DNA from: a bacterium
GTDB lineage: Bacteria > Zhuqueibacterota > Zhuqueibacteria > Residuimicrobiales > Krinioviventaceae
Direction of reading: 5' to 3'
Assembly (NCBI GenBank): GCA_963675755.2
Contig: CAXXMD010000003.1
Coordinates: 1,696,001-1,760,000, forward strand
Length of the DNA: 64,000 bases
In this document: piece by piece, positions 38,948 to 49,084 of the stretch
How the letters are laid out: every line of letters begins with the position of its first letter
How positions within the stretch are numbered: position 1 is the stretch's first letter
Program-made: the position numbers and the translations under genes
The notes under the pieces: generated by a model
Told to the model about the DNA's origin: nothing
Databases searched by the model: none
What the model saw: the letters and a program-made list of their open reading frames with translations, nothing else

Positions 38948-39802
38948 ATGAAAGTTTTAGGTAAAAAATTGACCTTCTTTACCTTGGCGCTTTCAGTTTC
39001 ACTGTTTTTTGGAGCAACCTTTTCCATGGCACAAGAAAAAATGTCAATGGATGAATATAAAGCTCAATTAGCTGACTGGCAAAAACGTGAAGCTGACGCA
39101 AAAGCAGCCGCAGAGACATGTCAATCTGACGTGGCCTCACTGAAAGGCGAAGTAGAAACCACCCAAGCAGATATCGACAAGACTTGGGGCGAAATCCTTG
39201 CGGCATTGGGCACAGATCAAGCAGGTGTGGATGCTTTCCGCGCTGAATTGAAAAATCTGGAAGCTCAGGTTGATGGCCTGCTGGCCTTGTCACCAGAAGA
39301 ACTGTTCAAAAAACGTGACGAGCTGGAAGGTTTGATTGCACAGTTGGAAGAAGCAAAGAAAAATAAAATTGCAGCTTTGACTGAAATGCAAAACCTTATT
39401 GCCACCATTGAAGGCAAAATTACCCAAGTTCAGAATAAAATGCCCAAGGCAGTTTACGATGAATACAATGTAATCGTTGGTGATTACCTTTGGAAAATCT
39501 CCGGCAAAGAAGATATTTATGCAGATCCAATCAAATGGATGCGCATTTATTCTTATAATAAAGACCAGATCAAAAATCCTGATTTGATCTTCCCGGACCA
39601 GGTTTTGAAAATCCAACGCGAAGTTGGTCCTGAAGAATACCTGGTAGCAAAAGGTGATTATTTGCAGAAAATCGCTGGTAACGCAGATGTTATTGGTGAT
39701 CCTGCATCCTGGACAAAAATCTATGAAAAGAATAAAGACATCATTGGTGAAGATCCTAACATGATTTTCCCACATACTGTTTTGGTTATCCCCAAAGAAT
39801 AG
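38948..39802 (+). CDS. Exported coiled-coil protein with two LysM domains
   Basis: Signal peptide and long coiled coil; two repeats Y.V..GDYL.KI.G......DP..W..IY..NKD.I...P..IFP..VL.I. Confidence 0.9.
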   Translation: MKVLGKKLTFFTLALSVSLFFGATFSMAQEKMSMDEYKAQLADWQKREADAKAAAETCQSDVASLKGEVETTQADIDKTWGEILAALGTDQAGVDAFRAELKNLEAQVDGLLALSPEELFKKRDELEGLIAQLEEAKKNKIAALTEMQNLIATIEGKITQVQNKMPKAVYDEYNVIVGDYLWKISGKEDIYADPIKWMRIYSYNKDQIKNPDLIFPDQVLKIQREVGPEEYLVAKGDYLQKIAGNADVIGDPASWTKIYEKNKDIIGEDPNMIFPHTVLVIPKE

Positions 39803-39834
39803 TTTGACGTGTCTTTAATTTATATAGCTTTTTT

Positions 39835-39870
39835 AACTCTCGGTCAGTCTAGCTGGCCGGGAGTTTTTTT
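39835..39870 (+). terminator. Intrinsic terminator
   Basis: AACTCTCGGTCAG-tctag-CTGGCCGGGAGTT followed by a T-run. Confidence 0.8.
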
Positions 39871-39942
39871 ATTGGATGAAAAATTATTTTATAATAGCTG
39901 AAAAAATCTTACATTACAGGTAACAATTCTTTTAGGACTAGA

Positions 39943-40911
39943 GTGGACGAACGTAAAGTAACATTAAGAGGAATTAATCCTCTGGATTTTTATGGGGCTC
40001 AGGACGCTAATTTGCGTGTTTTGGAATCTTGCCTGAATACGCAGATTATTGCCAGGGGCCATGAAATTTTAATCCGTGGCGAAAAAGAACAAACTGAAAA
40101 CGCTGAAAAGATTATTGCCGAACTGGTGCACATGGCGAACCGGAATGGTCAAATTACTCCGGATGATATTGAAACCGTCTCCAAGCTTACTGTACGGCAG
40201 CTAGACCAGGTTGAAGAAGTTGCAGATAAAGATTCTATCATTCTTTATACGCGGAAAAGTTATGTAAAGCCCAAAACAGAGGGGCAAAAAGTATATTTTC
40301 AGGCTGCACAGGAAAATGATATAGTGTTTGCCATTGGACCTGCGGGAACCGGTAAAACCTACCTTGCCGTTGCGGTTGCGCTTGCATGTTTGCGTGATAA
40401 AATTGTTGACAGGCTGGTATTGTGTAGACCAGCGGTAGAAGCAGGTGAAAACCTGGGTTTTTTACCCGGTGATTTCAGAGATAAAGTTGATCCTTATTTG
40501 CGTCCCTTGTATGACGCCCTGTATGATATGATGCCGCTTGACAAATTAAAACGCAATCTTGAAAACAATGTAATTGAAATTGTTCCTCTTGCATTTATGA
40601 GGGGGCGAACCTTGAATAATAGTTTTGTTATTCTGGATGAAGCCCAAAACTCTACTTCAGCTCAAATGAAAATGTTCCTGACAAGGTTAGGTGCTAATTC
40701 TCGGGCAATTGTTACCGGTGATATTACCCAGATCGATTTACCAACGCAAACCAAATCCGGTTTGGTGGAAATTCAGAATATATTAAAGGGTGTGGATGGA
40801 ATCGGGTTTACGTATCTCACTAAAAAGGATGTTGTAAGGCACCAGTTGGTAAGAAAGATCATCAATGCTTATGAAGAATTTGATTCAAATCAAAAAGAAG
40901 AAAGCTTATGA
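39943..40911 (+). CDS. phoH: PhoH-family ATPase
   Basis: GPAGTGKTYLA, RPAVEAGE.LGFLPG, PLAFMRGRTL, ILDEAQN, VVRH.LV. Confidence 0.96.
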   Translation: MDERKVTLRGINPLDFYGAQDANLRVLESCLNTQIIARGHEILIRGEKEQTENAEKIIAELVHMANRNGQITPDDIETVSKLTVRQLDQVEEVADKDSIILYTRKSYVKPKTEGQKVYFQAAQENDIVFAIGPAGTGKTYLAVAVALACLRDKIVDRLVLCRPAVEAGENLGFLPGDFRDKVDPYLRPLYDALYDMMPLDKLKRNLENNVIEIVPLAFMRGRTLNNSFVILDEAQNSTSAQMKMFLTRLGANSRAIVTGDITQIDLPTQTKSGLVEIQNILKGVDGIGFTYLTKKDVVRHQLVRKIINAYEEFDSNQKEESL

Positions 40912-43293
40912 AATCGTTCTTAAATTTCAGACATCGTTTTAAAAAGAAAAAAAATGCAGATAAATCATCAGTCTCGCATTCTGATCAGTCCTTTAAAAAG
41001 GTTTACAAAAGATATATTCCGGACATTGCGGTTTTACTGGGTTGTGCGGTATTGCTGACTTTCTTTTTTCCAAGAGGGAAATCTTTTCAATTCTCTAATT
41101 TAAAGGAAGGAAGTGTTTATGTTGGCGCCGAGATTATTGCACCGTTTACTTTTCCTGTTAACAAAAATCCTGAAGAATATGAAAATGATGTCAAGCATGC
41201 ACGCGAGAGTGTAGCCCCGGTTTTTCAACGTAATGACAGTATTGAAGAAGAGCAGAAACAAAAGTTGAAAACTTTTTGTCAATCACTTGTCTGAATTGTT
41301 AAAATTTAATGAAGTTAAAGATCAGGATTTCAGGCTGCTTTTCAGAGACGAAGGCATTATTGTTTCAGATGATGATATTGTATCATTATTAACCGGGTTC
41401 AGTGACAAATCGGGACTTGATACTGATAATTTACCTGAACGTTTTGTGAGCAAACGTGTTGAAGTTTTCAAATCTTTGTCCGGAACGATCACCTCTTCGA
41501 TTGACGAGTTTTACTCTACGGGCATTCTGGATAAAAATAAAAACGAAATGTCGCCCAGTCAAGCCAAGATAACAGTAAGACAGAGCGATCAGTCTGCAGA
41601 GACCGCAATGAATTTGGGTTCAAGCGAACCCTTTGTTGAAGAAGACATAAATTATTATTTTGATAAAAATGAAGCTTATAACACTCTGCTTGAGAAGCTC
41701 CGTACCAATACTTCATTGGATGAAAGCCAGGTAAAAATCGCTTATCAGATATCGGCACATTTTCTGGTCCCGAATGTATTGCATGACGAGCAGGAAACCG
41801 AGTCAATGATTGAGGTTGCTGTAGCCAATGTGCCTCTGGCAAAAGATCAGGTACTTGCCGGTGAGAGAATTATTGACAGTCACGAACGTATAACCAAGCA
41901 GCACATTGAAAAGTTGACTTCTTTGGCGCAGGCAAAAGCAGAACTGGGTGAAACATCAGGTATCTGGTCTCGAATTTCTCCCAATATTGGCAAATTTTTC
42001 ATCATCCTGTTTACACTGAGTATACTGGTAATGTTGATCTGGCGTGATCATCGTTTTATCATTATGGATCGCCGCAAGTCATTGCTGGTGTTGATTGTGA
42101 TTTTGTTTTTGGCTTTATTAACTTTTTTGATTAACAGTTTTTCATTGTCACCCTATTTAATCCCCATACCCATTGCGGCTATTATTGTAACTATCTTTTT
42201 TAACACTCAATTGGGTTTTCTGGTTTCTATTACAATCAGTTTGCTGGTAGGGGCCATGCGTGGTGACGAGTTTGTAATTACCTTTATATCTATTTTTGTT
42301 TGTTCTATTGCAGTTCTTGCCGTCAGTAAAGTCCGTACACGTAACTGGGTGCTTCGTGCGTTTGGCTATATTGCAGGTTCATATATTGTATCTATTCTCA
42401 TGTATGACCTTGTAAATTATATACCTGTCTCTATCATTATGCAGGATATTGGTTTTGGTGTGATGAATGCGTTTCTGTCACCAATATTTGCTTATGGATT
42501 GATTATTGTTTTCGAGTTTGCATTTGATATAACAACAGACATGACATTATTAGAGCTATCTGATTTGAATCAGCCGTTATTAAGACAGTTGGCCATTCAG
42601 GCACCGGGAACCTATCATCACAGTATATTGGTTGGTACGCTTGCAGAAGCGGCTACGGAATCAATTGGTGGCAATGCATTGCTTGCGCGTGTAGGTGCCT
42701 ATTATCATGATATCGGCAAGATGGAAAAACCGGAATACTTTGTTGAAAATCAAACTCGTGGTCGAAATCCACAGGAAAAACTGGCACCATCAATGAGTTC
42801 GCTTATTCTTTCCAACCACGTAAAACGTGGTGGCGAGATTGCCAGACAATACAACCTTCCTAAAGAAGTAGAAGCTTTTATTCATGAGCATCATGGCACT
42901 TCGTTGATGAGTTATTTTTATCAAAAAGCGCTTGAGCAGAATACAGAAGAGAATGTGGCAAAAGAAGATTTTCGCTATCCTGGACCAAGACCCAAATCAC
43001 GCGAAACGGCTATTATGATGTGCGCGGATGTTGTAGAAGCCGCTTCACGTACACTCAAAGATCCTACTCCCAGCCGAATCAAAGGTCTGGTTGAGCAGAT
43101 TATTGATGAAAAATTTAAAAGTGGAGAATTGGACGAGTCTCCCTTGACATTGAAGGACCTTTCAAAAATATCAGAAGCGTTTCAGAAAATTTTAATTGGT
43201 ATACATCACGCGCGTGTAGAGTACCCGTCTGATAAGAAAGAAAATACAGAAAAGAAAGCAGAGGCAGCAAATAAACAAGATCGAGATAAATAA
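40908..43293 (+). pseudogene. 7TM-HD phosphohydrolase (PgpH-like) split by a frameshift into 40908-41294 and 41287-43293
   Basis: Fragment 1 has the first TM and the start of the extracytoplasmic domain (G......IIAPF.F.V). Fragment 2 has GERII, seven TMs, APGTYHHS, YYHDIGK..KPEYFVENQ, HHGT, FRYPGP.P. The frames differ by one base near the T5 run at 41273-41277. May be a sequence error. Confidence 0.7.
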
Positions 43294-43705
43294 CAATTAT
43301 AACCAGGATAACCTGGAATTCCCGCTTGTAAAAGAGGTAATGGATGCACTGTTTGAAATGCATGATAAAAGCGGCAAAGCATGGCAGGTATCCATTGTGC
43401 TGGTAACAGATGAATATCTGGCAACCATGCATGAGCAATATCTTGAAGACGCAACACCAACAGATGTTATTACCTTCAACCTCAGCGAGTCATTTGAAGA
43501 CTATAACGAGGGAGAGATATATATCAGCGTGGATCGTGCTAAAGATCAAGCAGAGAATTATAATGTTTCATCAGAAAGTGAACTGTACCGGTTGATGATA
43601 CATGGCATGCTGCATTTGACGGGCTTGGATGACCAGACAGAAACAGAAAAAGCAAATATGCGCAGTAAAGAAGATGAAATTTTACAAAAATTTAATTTAC
43701 TTTAA
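43271..43705 (+). CDS. ybeY: rRNA maturation endoribonuclease YbeY
   Basis: PTDVITF, GEIYIS, zinc motif HGMLHL.G.D. First ATG is at 43340, but the frame extends to an ATA at 43271 with GAGG upstream. The third His of the usual HGxLHLxGYDH motif is Asp here. Confidence 0.85.
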   Translation: MNKIEINNNYNQDNLEFPLVKEVMDALFEMHDKSGKAWQVSIVLVTDEYLATMHEQYLEDATPTDVITFNLSESFEDYNEGEIYISVDRAKDQAENYNVSSESELYRLMIHGMLHLTGLDDQTETEKANMRSKEDEILQKFNLL

Positions 43706-43762
43706 AGTTTTTTTGATATAAATTATATAAAAGAGTGGTTAATTTAGGAGAAATTATACATT

Positions 43763-45073
43763 TTGGAAGACCCACTACCTTATTATTCGATAGCGTTTCT
43801 AGTTTTATTGTTGTTATCGGCTTTTTTTTCCGGGGCGGAAACTGCTTTTTTTTCTATTAATTCTATTACCAGTAAACAGTTGCAGGATGAAAAAAAGAGC
43901 AGTGCAAAACGGGTCCTGTTTTTACTATCCCAGTCACGTCGTCTTTTAATTTCTATATTGATTGGTAATACACTGGTGAATGTGTCTGCTGCTTCATTGT
44001 CAGCGATGCTGACTACACGTCTTAGCATAGAAGCAGGTTTAGACCCCAGGATTGTTCTTGTTTTAAATGTTGTTGTGGTCACGTTTTTGATTCTGGTGTT
44101 TAGCGAGATTACTCCTAAAATTATAGCTGTAAAAAATGCCAAGACCTTTGCCCAAAATGTGTCGTTGGTTATTTTATCTATTTATTATTTGTTTTGGCCG
44201 TTTTCCTGGATTCTTGAAAAAGTAATCAATTGGTTGACGGATGTGTTCAAGATTAAAGAATCCAAAGAAGAACGTTTTTTTCATTCCGACGAGTTTCAAG
44301 CCCTTTTAGATCTGGGTGAAGAACAGGGAGAGTTGGAAGAAGAAGAAAAGGAAATGATCCACTCGATTTTCGAGTTTGGAGATACCATAGTCCGCGAAAT
44401 TATGGTGCCCCGAACAGATGTGGTGTGCGTGCAGGAAGACGCATCCATAAGTGATTTAATACGGGTCATAAAGGAAAAAGGGCACACTCGTATTCCGGTT
44501 TATGAGGAAACTATAGACAAGATCATTGGTATAATAAACGCAAAAGATCTGTTGTCATTTATTTCAAGTGGAGACAGTGGCGCGGATATAAAATCATTGG
44601 CTCGCGGAGCGTTGTTTGTACCCGAAAGTAAAAAGATAGATGATCTGTTGCGATTGTTTCAAAAAGAACGTCAGCATATGGCCATTGTGGTAGATGAGTA
44701 TGGCGGAACAGCAGGTATTGTCACCCTTGAAGATGTAATAGAAGAAATTGTGGGTGATATTCGTGATGAATATGATAAAGAACAAGCCCTGTATAAAAAA
44801 ACAGATGAAAACAATTATCTGGTAAATGCCAAGATCGACATAGAGTCTTTGAATGATTTGATTGCAATTGAAATTCCAGTCAAAGATGATTATGATACCC
44901 TGGGAGGTTTTATTTTAGAGCAAACCGGCTCTGTGCCAGAACCAAATCAGGTAGTGCAATATAATCAATATAAATTGATGGTTAACAAGGTCGAGAATAA
45001 CCGGATCATTCTGGTTAAAATTTCATATCATCCACATGATGAGGATGAAGCAACTTTGGGCGAAAATTTGTAA
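43763..45073 (+). CDS. CNNM(DUF21)-CBS-CorC/HlyC protein (hemolysin/GldE family)
   Basis: SAFFSGAETA.FS, ILIGN..VN, F.EITPK, EIMVPR, HTRIPVY, VVDEYGGT.G.VT.ED. TTG start with AGGAG. Confidence 0.93.
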   Translation: MEDPLPYYSIAFLVLLLLSAFFSGAETAFFSINSITSKQLQDEKKSSAKRVLFLLSQSRRLLISILIGNTLVNVSAASLSAMLTTRLSIEAGLDPRIVLVLNVVVVTFLILVFSEITPKIIAVKNAKTFAQNVSLVILSIYYLFWPFSWILEKVINWLTDVFKIKESKEERFFHSDEFQALLDLGEEQGELEEEEKEMIHSIFEFGDTIVREIMVPRTDVVCVQEDASISDLIRVIKEKGHTRIPVYEETIDKIIGIINAKDLLSFISSGDSGADIKSLARGALFVPESKKIDDLLRLFQKERQHMAIVVDEYGGTAGIVTLEDVIEEIVGDIRDEYDKEQALYKKTDENNYLVNAKIDIESLNDLIAIEIPVKDDYDTLGGFILEQTGSVPEPNQVVQYNQYKLMVNKVENNRIILVKISYHPHDEDEATLGENL

Positions 45074-45119
45074 TATTGAGATATTTTTTGTATTATTTGT
45101 GCAAACATGGAGAATAAAA

Positions 45120-46271
45120 ATGTTAAAAATGAAGTTTGATTTTCGTGATTTGTTTGCTGCACCACGCATGGCTTTCAGCATTCAACGTATCTGGATACAG
45201 TTTGTCGGTATGCTTGTGGGATATGCAAGTTATTTGGTGTTTACATATCTCAGTTATATTGTCAGTGGATATGCTTTTGATGCTGTGTGGCAAAAATTCG
45301 GACTGTTGCCGTGTCTTTATGCATCAACCGAAACCTATCCCTGGTATGCGTGGGTGCTGTTTGCGTTAGGTTCTTTGGGTTTCTTTTTAGCATATCTTGT
45401 GGCAAATACGGCAGTTGCACGAGCTGTGTATATGGTGGGCAAGGGTAACAGCTTTTATACCTGGAAAGAAGCTTATTCATTTGCATTGCATAAATTCTGG
45501 TCTGTATTTTTAACACCGGTTTCTCTGGTTGTACTCATTTTATTGTTGGTATTGGGCGGATCGATTGTTGGATTGCTTGGAAACGTAATACCCTTTATTG
45601 GCCCGTTGGGTGTCAGCTTTTTTACTATTTTATGGTTTATTGCTTCGCTGTTGATTTTCTTTTTTATAATCATAGTTCTGGTTTCACTTTTATTGGTACC
45701 GTCTATAATTGCTACTACAGATGAAGATGCTTTTGAAGCCGTCTTTCAGGCGTTTTCTATTACCTGGGCACAGCCCTGGAGACTGATCATGTATCAGGTT
45801 ATGGCATTTGTATTGTCCATTGTCTCCTTTGGTTTATTTGCCTTTGCTGTTAAAAAATCTATTGTGATTATGAATGGAATTTTTATTGGCTCTATGGGTT
45901 CAGAATTTATCAATTTTAGTAATAACGGCCTTGCAATGGTACAATCCTGGACCATCATGTTCCAGAGCCTTGTTGTATCCATTTTTCAGGGTGCAGCGCC
46001 GGAAGTATTCTTTCGTAAAGTATATACTTTTATTCCGACTTCTGAATTGGACATGTCTGTGCTGATTTCATCTTATTTTTACGCAATCAGTCTTTTGATG
46101 ATTGGCGGATGGGTTATCTCTTATGGTATTTCCACATTTACATCCAGCAACACCATTGCTTATATGGTACTGCGATACAACAAAGACCAGGAAAACCTGC
46201 TAGAGCGCAAAGATGCAGAAGAGGAAGAAGATCAGGTAGAGGAAATAATAGATCAGGATTCCGCAGAATAG
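45120..46271 (+). CDS. Hypothetical polytopic membrane protein with acidic C-tail
   Basis: About six or more hydrophobic segments. ATG 45120 follows GGAG (track start is 45036). Confidence 0.75.
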   Translation: MLKMKFDFRDLFAAPRMAFSIQRIWIQFVGMLVGYASYLVFTYLSYIVSGYAFDAVWQKFGLLPCLYASTETYPWYAWVLFALGSLGFFLAYLVANTAVARAVYMVGKGNSFYTWKEAYSFALHKFWSVFLTPVSLVVLILLLVLGGSIVGLLGNVIPFIGPLGVSFFTILWFIASLLIFFFIIIVLVSLLLVPSIIATTDEDAFEAVFQAFSITWAQPWRLIMYQVMAFVLSIVSFGLFAFAVKKSIVIMNGIFIGSMGSEFINFSNNGLAMVQSWTIMFQSLVVSIFQGAAPEVFFRKVYTFIPTSELDMSVLISSYFYAISLLMIGGWVISYGISTFTSSNTIAYMVLRYNKDQENLLERKDAEEEEDQVEEIIDQDSAE

Positions 46272-46326
46272 ACAGTTTATGAGTAATATATGTTAATGTA
46301 TACTAGAGAAAAATATTGAGGGGAAT

Positions 46327-47613
46327 ATGTCAGAGCTGTTTGTCAAGATTGATAATGTTGAAAAAGGACCGTATTCGACATCAGAATTGAGAAACCTTGC
46401 CAAAAAGGGCGAGTTTCAACAAAATGATTTGATATTCCATGAAGATACACAGGAATGGGTTAAAGCCGGTGAACTGGAAGATTTTTCCTCACTGTTTGAA
46501 CAAAAATCAGCGGTACCCAAAGAAAAAATAGTTTTTGCCGTTGGCGGAGGCAAGGGCGGTGTTGGTAAAACCAGTTTGACGTCATCGCTGGGAATAGGAT
46601 TAGCAGCACTTGGTAACCAGGTTATTGTTGTAGATGCAGATCTGGGTGGCGCCAACCTTCACACCTGTATGGGTATTCTGGACCCTGAATACACGTTTTA
46701 TCATTTTTATACCATGCAGCGAGAGAGCCTTGAAGATATTTTATTAGATACACCAATTGAAAATTTAAAACTTATTAGCGGTGCATGCGGAACATTGGGT
46801 CTTGCGAATCCCCAGTATTCTCAAAAGCAGCGATTTATTTCTCATTTACACAATCTCAATGCAGATTTTATTCTGCTGGATCTTGGTGCTGGTTCATCTT
46901 ATAATGTGATTGATTTCTTTATAGCGGCAGATCAGGGTATTTTGGTGACAACTCCGGATCCTATCGCCATTCAGGATACGTTCAATTTCCTCAAAGTTTC
47001 TTTTATGCGCATGTTGATGCGTGAATTCAAGAACAATACGCGTGTATTAGATATTATCGAGAGTCAGATTGGTACGAATCAGAGCCGCATGTCAAATACC
47101 ATGTACGATATTATTGAACAAGTGAAAACCATTGATCCGGCCGCTTCGAAACAAATTCAAGAAAAGCTGAGTTCTTTTCGACCAAAACTTATATTAAACA
47201 TGGTCCACTCTGCAGATGAGATTAAAGAAGGTGATACCTTGAAAACAGCGGCAAGTGAGCTGTTGGGAATAACAATAGATTATATTGGTTATGTAGATTT
47301 TGATGAACAGGTCAGAAAATCTCTCAAAGAGCTTCGGCCCTTTATTCTAGATAATCCAAAATCAAAAGCATCCAAAAGTCTGGCCCGGTTGATCTCGGTT
47401 GGTCTTTTGGGTAAAGAAGGATGGCAGGGATATAGACAAAAAACCAGAGTCATTCGGAATGTAAAACAAGATTCCAAAGACTATCCCAAAGCCAATCTCA
47501 AAGAAGGCGATACAATTTGCTCTGTTAATTGCATCTATTGGGGAGATTGCGAATATCAGGATGGAGGACATCCCTGCAGCGTACGACATTTGGATCCAAT
47601 TTTTAAAAAGTAA
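46327..47613 (+). CDS. MinD/FleN(FlhG)-like ATPase with N-terminal GYF_2-like domain and C-terminal four-Cys motif
   Basis: GPYS..EL..L...G......L......EW (GYF_2/DUF4339); GGGKGGVGKT, DADLGGANLH, LDLGAG; C-terminal CSVNCIYWGDCEYQDGGHPC. Confidence 0.85.
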   Translation: MSELFVKIDNVEKGPYSTSELRNLAKKGEFQQNDLIFHEDTQEWVKAGELEDFSSLFEQKSAVPKEKIVFAVGGGKGGVGKTSLTSSLGIGLAALGNQVIVVDADLGGANLHTCMGILDPEYTFYHFYTMQRESLEDILLDTPIENLKLISGACGTLGLANPQYSQKQRFISHLHNLNADFILLDLGAGSSYNVIDFFIAADQGILVTTPDPIAIQDTFNFLKVSFMRMLMREFKNNTRVLDIIESQIGTNQSRMSNTMYDIIEQVKTIDPAASKQIQEKLSSFRPKLILNMVHSADEIKEGDTLKTAASELLGITIDYIGYVDFDEQVRKSLKELRPFILDNPKSKASKSLARLISVGLLGKEGWQGYRQKTRVIRNVKQDSKDYPKANLKEGDTICSVNCIYWGDCEYQDGGHPCSVRHLDPIFKK

Positions 47614-47640
47614 AGGGGGGCAAAAAAGCCCCTTTTTTTT
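47613..47640 (+). terminator. Intrinsic terminator
   Basis: AAGGGGGGC-aaaaaa-GCCCC followed by T8, immediately after the stop. Confidence 0.75.
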
Positions 47641-47716
47641 TGCCTGCTATTAAACCGTTTTCATATTAACGTTTAAATGATTAAATTGTACAGATTTTTA
47701 CAAAAGATATTTAGGT

Positions 47717-49069
47717 ATGCCAAGTCAATTTGAAAAGAAAAAAATATCTCCGGCAAAATCTCTGACCCTTGGTTTTTTATCTCTGATTATATTGGGTACG
47801 GTTTTACTGTTACTGCCGGCCAGCTCAAAGCAGAGTGTATCAATAATTGATGCCATGTTTACAGCTACGTCTGCTACCTGTGTTACCGGCCTGGTTGTAT
47901 ATGATACCGGAAGCCATTGGACAGGGTTTGGACAATCAGTGATTTTGCTTTTGATACAGGTTGGTGGATTAGGTATAATGACCTTTTCTACCCTGGGTGC
48001 GTATATTGTTTCCGGTAAAATTAATCTGCGAAGCAGATACTTGTTTGAAGACAGTATAGCGGGCGGCCATACACAAAATGTTGGCAAGCTCATCTTGTCC
48101 ATTATTTTTAGTACATTGATTATTGAAGCGGTGGGTGCAGTCATTCTTGCGTGGCGTTTTTCTATAAATAAGCCATTGTTGGAATCTGTTTATTTGGGTG
48201 TTTTTCACTCAATTTCAGCATTCTGTAATGCCGGCTTTGCACTTTTCAGCACCAGTTTGTCTGGTTTTCACTCTGATTATTTGCTCAATATAACAGTCAT
48301 TTTATTGATTATTTCGGGTGGTATAGGATTTTGGGTGATTTTTGATATTTTAAAATTGTTGCGCAAAAAGAGCCGCAGATTGGGGCTTCATTCAAGAATT
48401 GTGTTGATTACTTCAGCTTTTTTGATTTTATTTGGTTTTCTGTTGTTTTTATTTTTTGAATGGAACAATGTTTTAAACGGACGACCCTTTGTTCAAAAAT
48501 TGGTAGATGCCTTGTTTCAGTCGGTTACAACACGTACTGCCGGTTTTAATACTTTACCCATTGAGGCAATGACCAGCAGTACTTTGTTGTTGTTTATCAT
48601 GTTGATGCTTGTTGGAGCGTCTCCGGGTTCATGTGGCGGTGGTGTGAAAACCACAACCTTTGCGGTTGTCAGCGCGATGATTTTTTCACGGTTTCGTAAT
48701 GAACCTCAGGTACGTCTGTTGAACAGAGGTGTGTCTGAGCGGGTTGTATCTAAAGCCATAGCAATTGTGTTTTTTGCCATGGTAATTGTGATTGTTGCAA
48801 TTACAGTGCTGCTTGTTACCGAACACCCAGGTGGCCCGCATATGATGGGCAGGACCTTGTTTTTGGAAGTAGTGTTTGAAGTTTTTTCTGCCTTTGGAAC
48901 CGTGGGTTTGAGTATGGGATTAACACCAGTCTTGTCTTTTACCGGTAAAATTGTTATTATTTTATTAATGTTTATTGGTCGTGTTGGTCCATTAACTATT
49001 GCGCTTGCAATTGTTCAAAGGAAAAATGCTCGTTTTAAATATGCCGAAGAAGAATTGTGGGTAGGATAA
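47717..49069 (+). CDS. ktrB: Ktr/Trk potassium uptake membrane subunit
   Basis: Four selectivity loops SATCVTGL, SAFCNAGF, TRTAGF, SAFGTVGLS; M.IGRVG. Confidence 0.92.
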   Translation: MPSQFEKKKISPAKSLTLGFLSLIILGTVLLLLPASSKQSVSIIDAMFTATSATCVTGLVVYDTGSHWTGFGQSVILLLIQVGGLGIMTFSTLGAYIVSGKINLRSRYLFEDSIAGGHTQNVGKLILSIIFSTLIIEAVGAVILAWRFSINKPLLESVYLGVFHSISAFCNAGFALFSTSLSGFHSDYLLNITVILLIISGGIGFWVIFDILKLLRKKSRRLGLHSRIVLITSAFLILFGFLLFLFFEWNNVLNGRPFVQKLVDALFQSVTTRTAGFNTLPIEAMTSSTLLLFIMLMLVGASPGSCGGGVKTTTFAVVSAMIFSRFRNEPQVRLLNRGVSERVVSKAIAIVFFAMVIVIVAITVLLVTEHPGGPHMMGRTLFLEVVFEVFSAFGTVGLSMGLTPVLSFTGKIVIILLMFIGRVGPLTIALAIVQRKNARFKYAEEELWVG

Positions 49070-49084
49070 TCATCAGGATTAATT

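Noticed and set aside
43763-45073. GldE-family similarity as support for gliding motility
   Set aside because: CNNM-CBS-CorC proteins are near-universal next to ybeY and carry no information about the motor.
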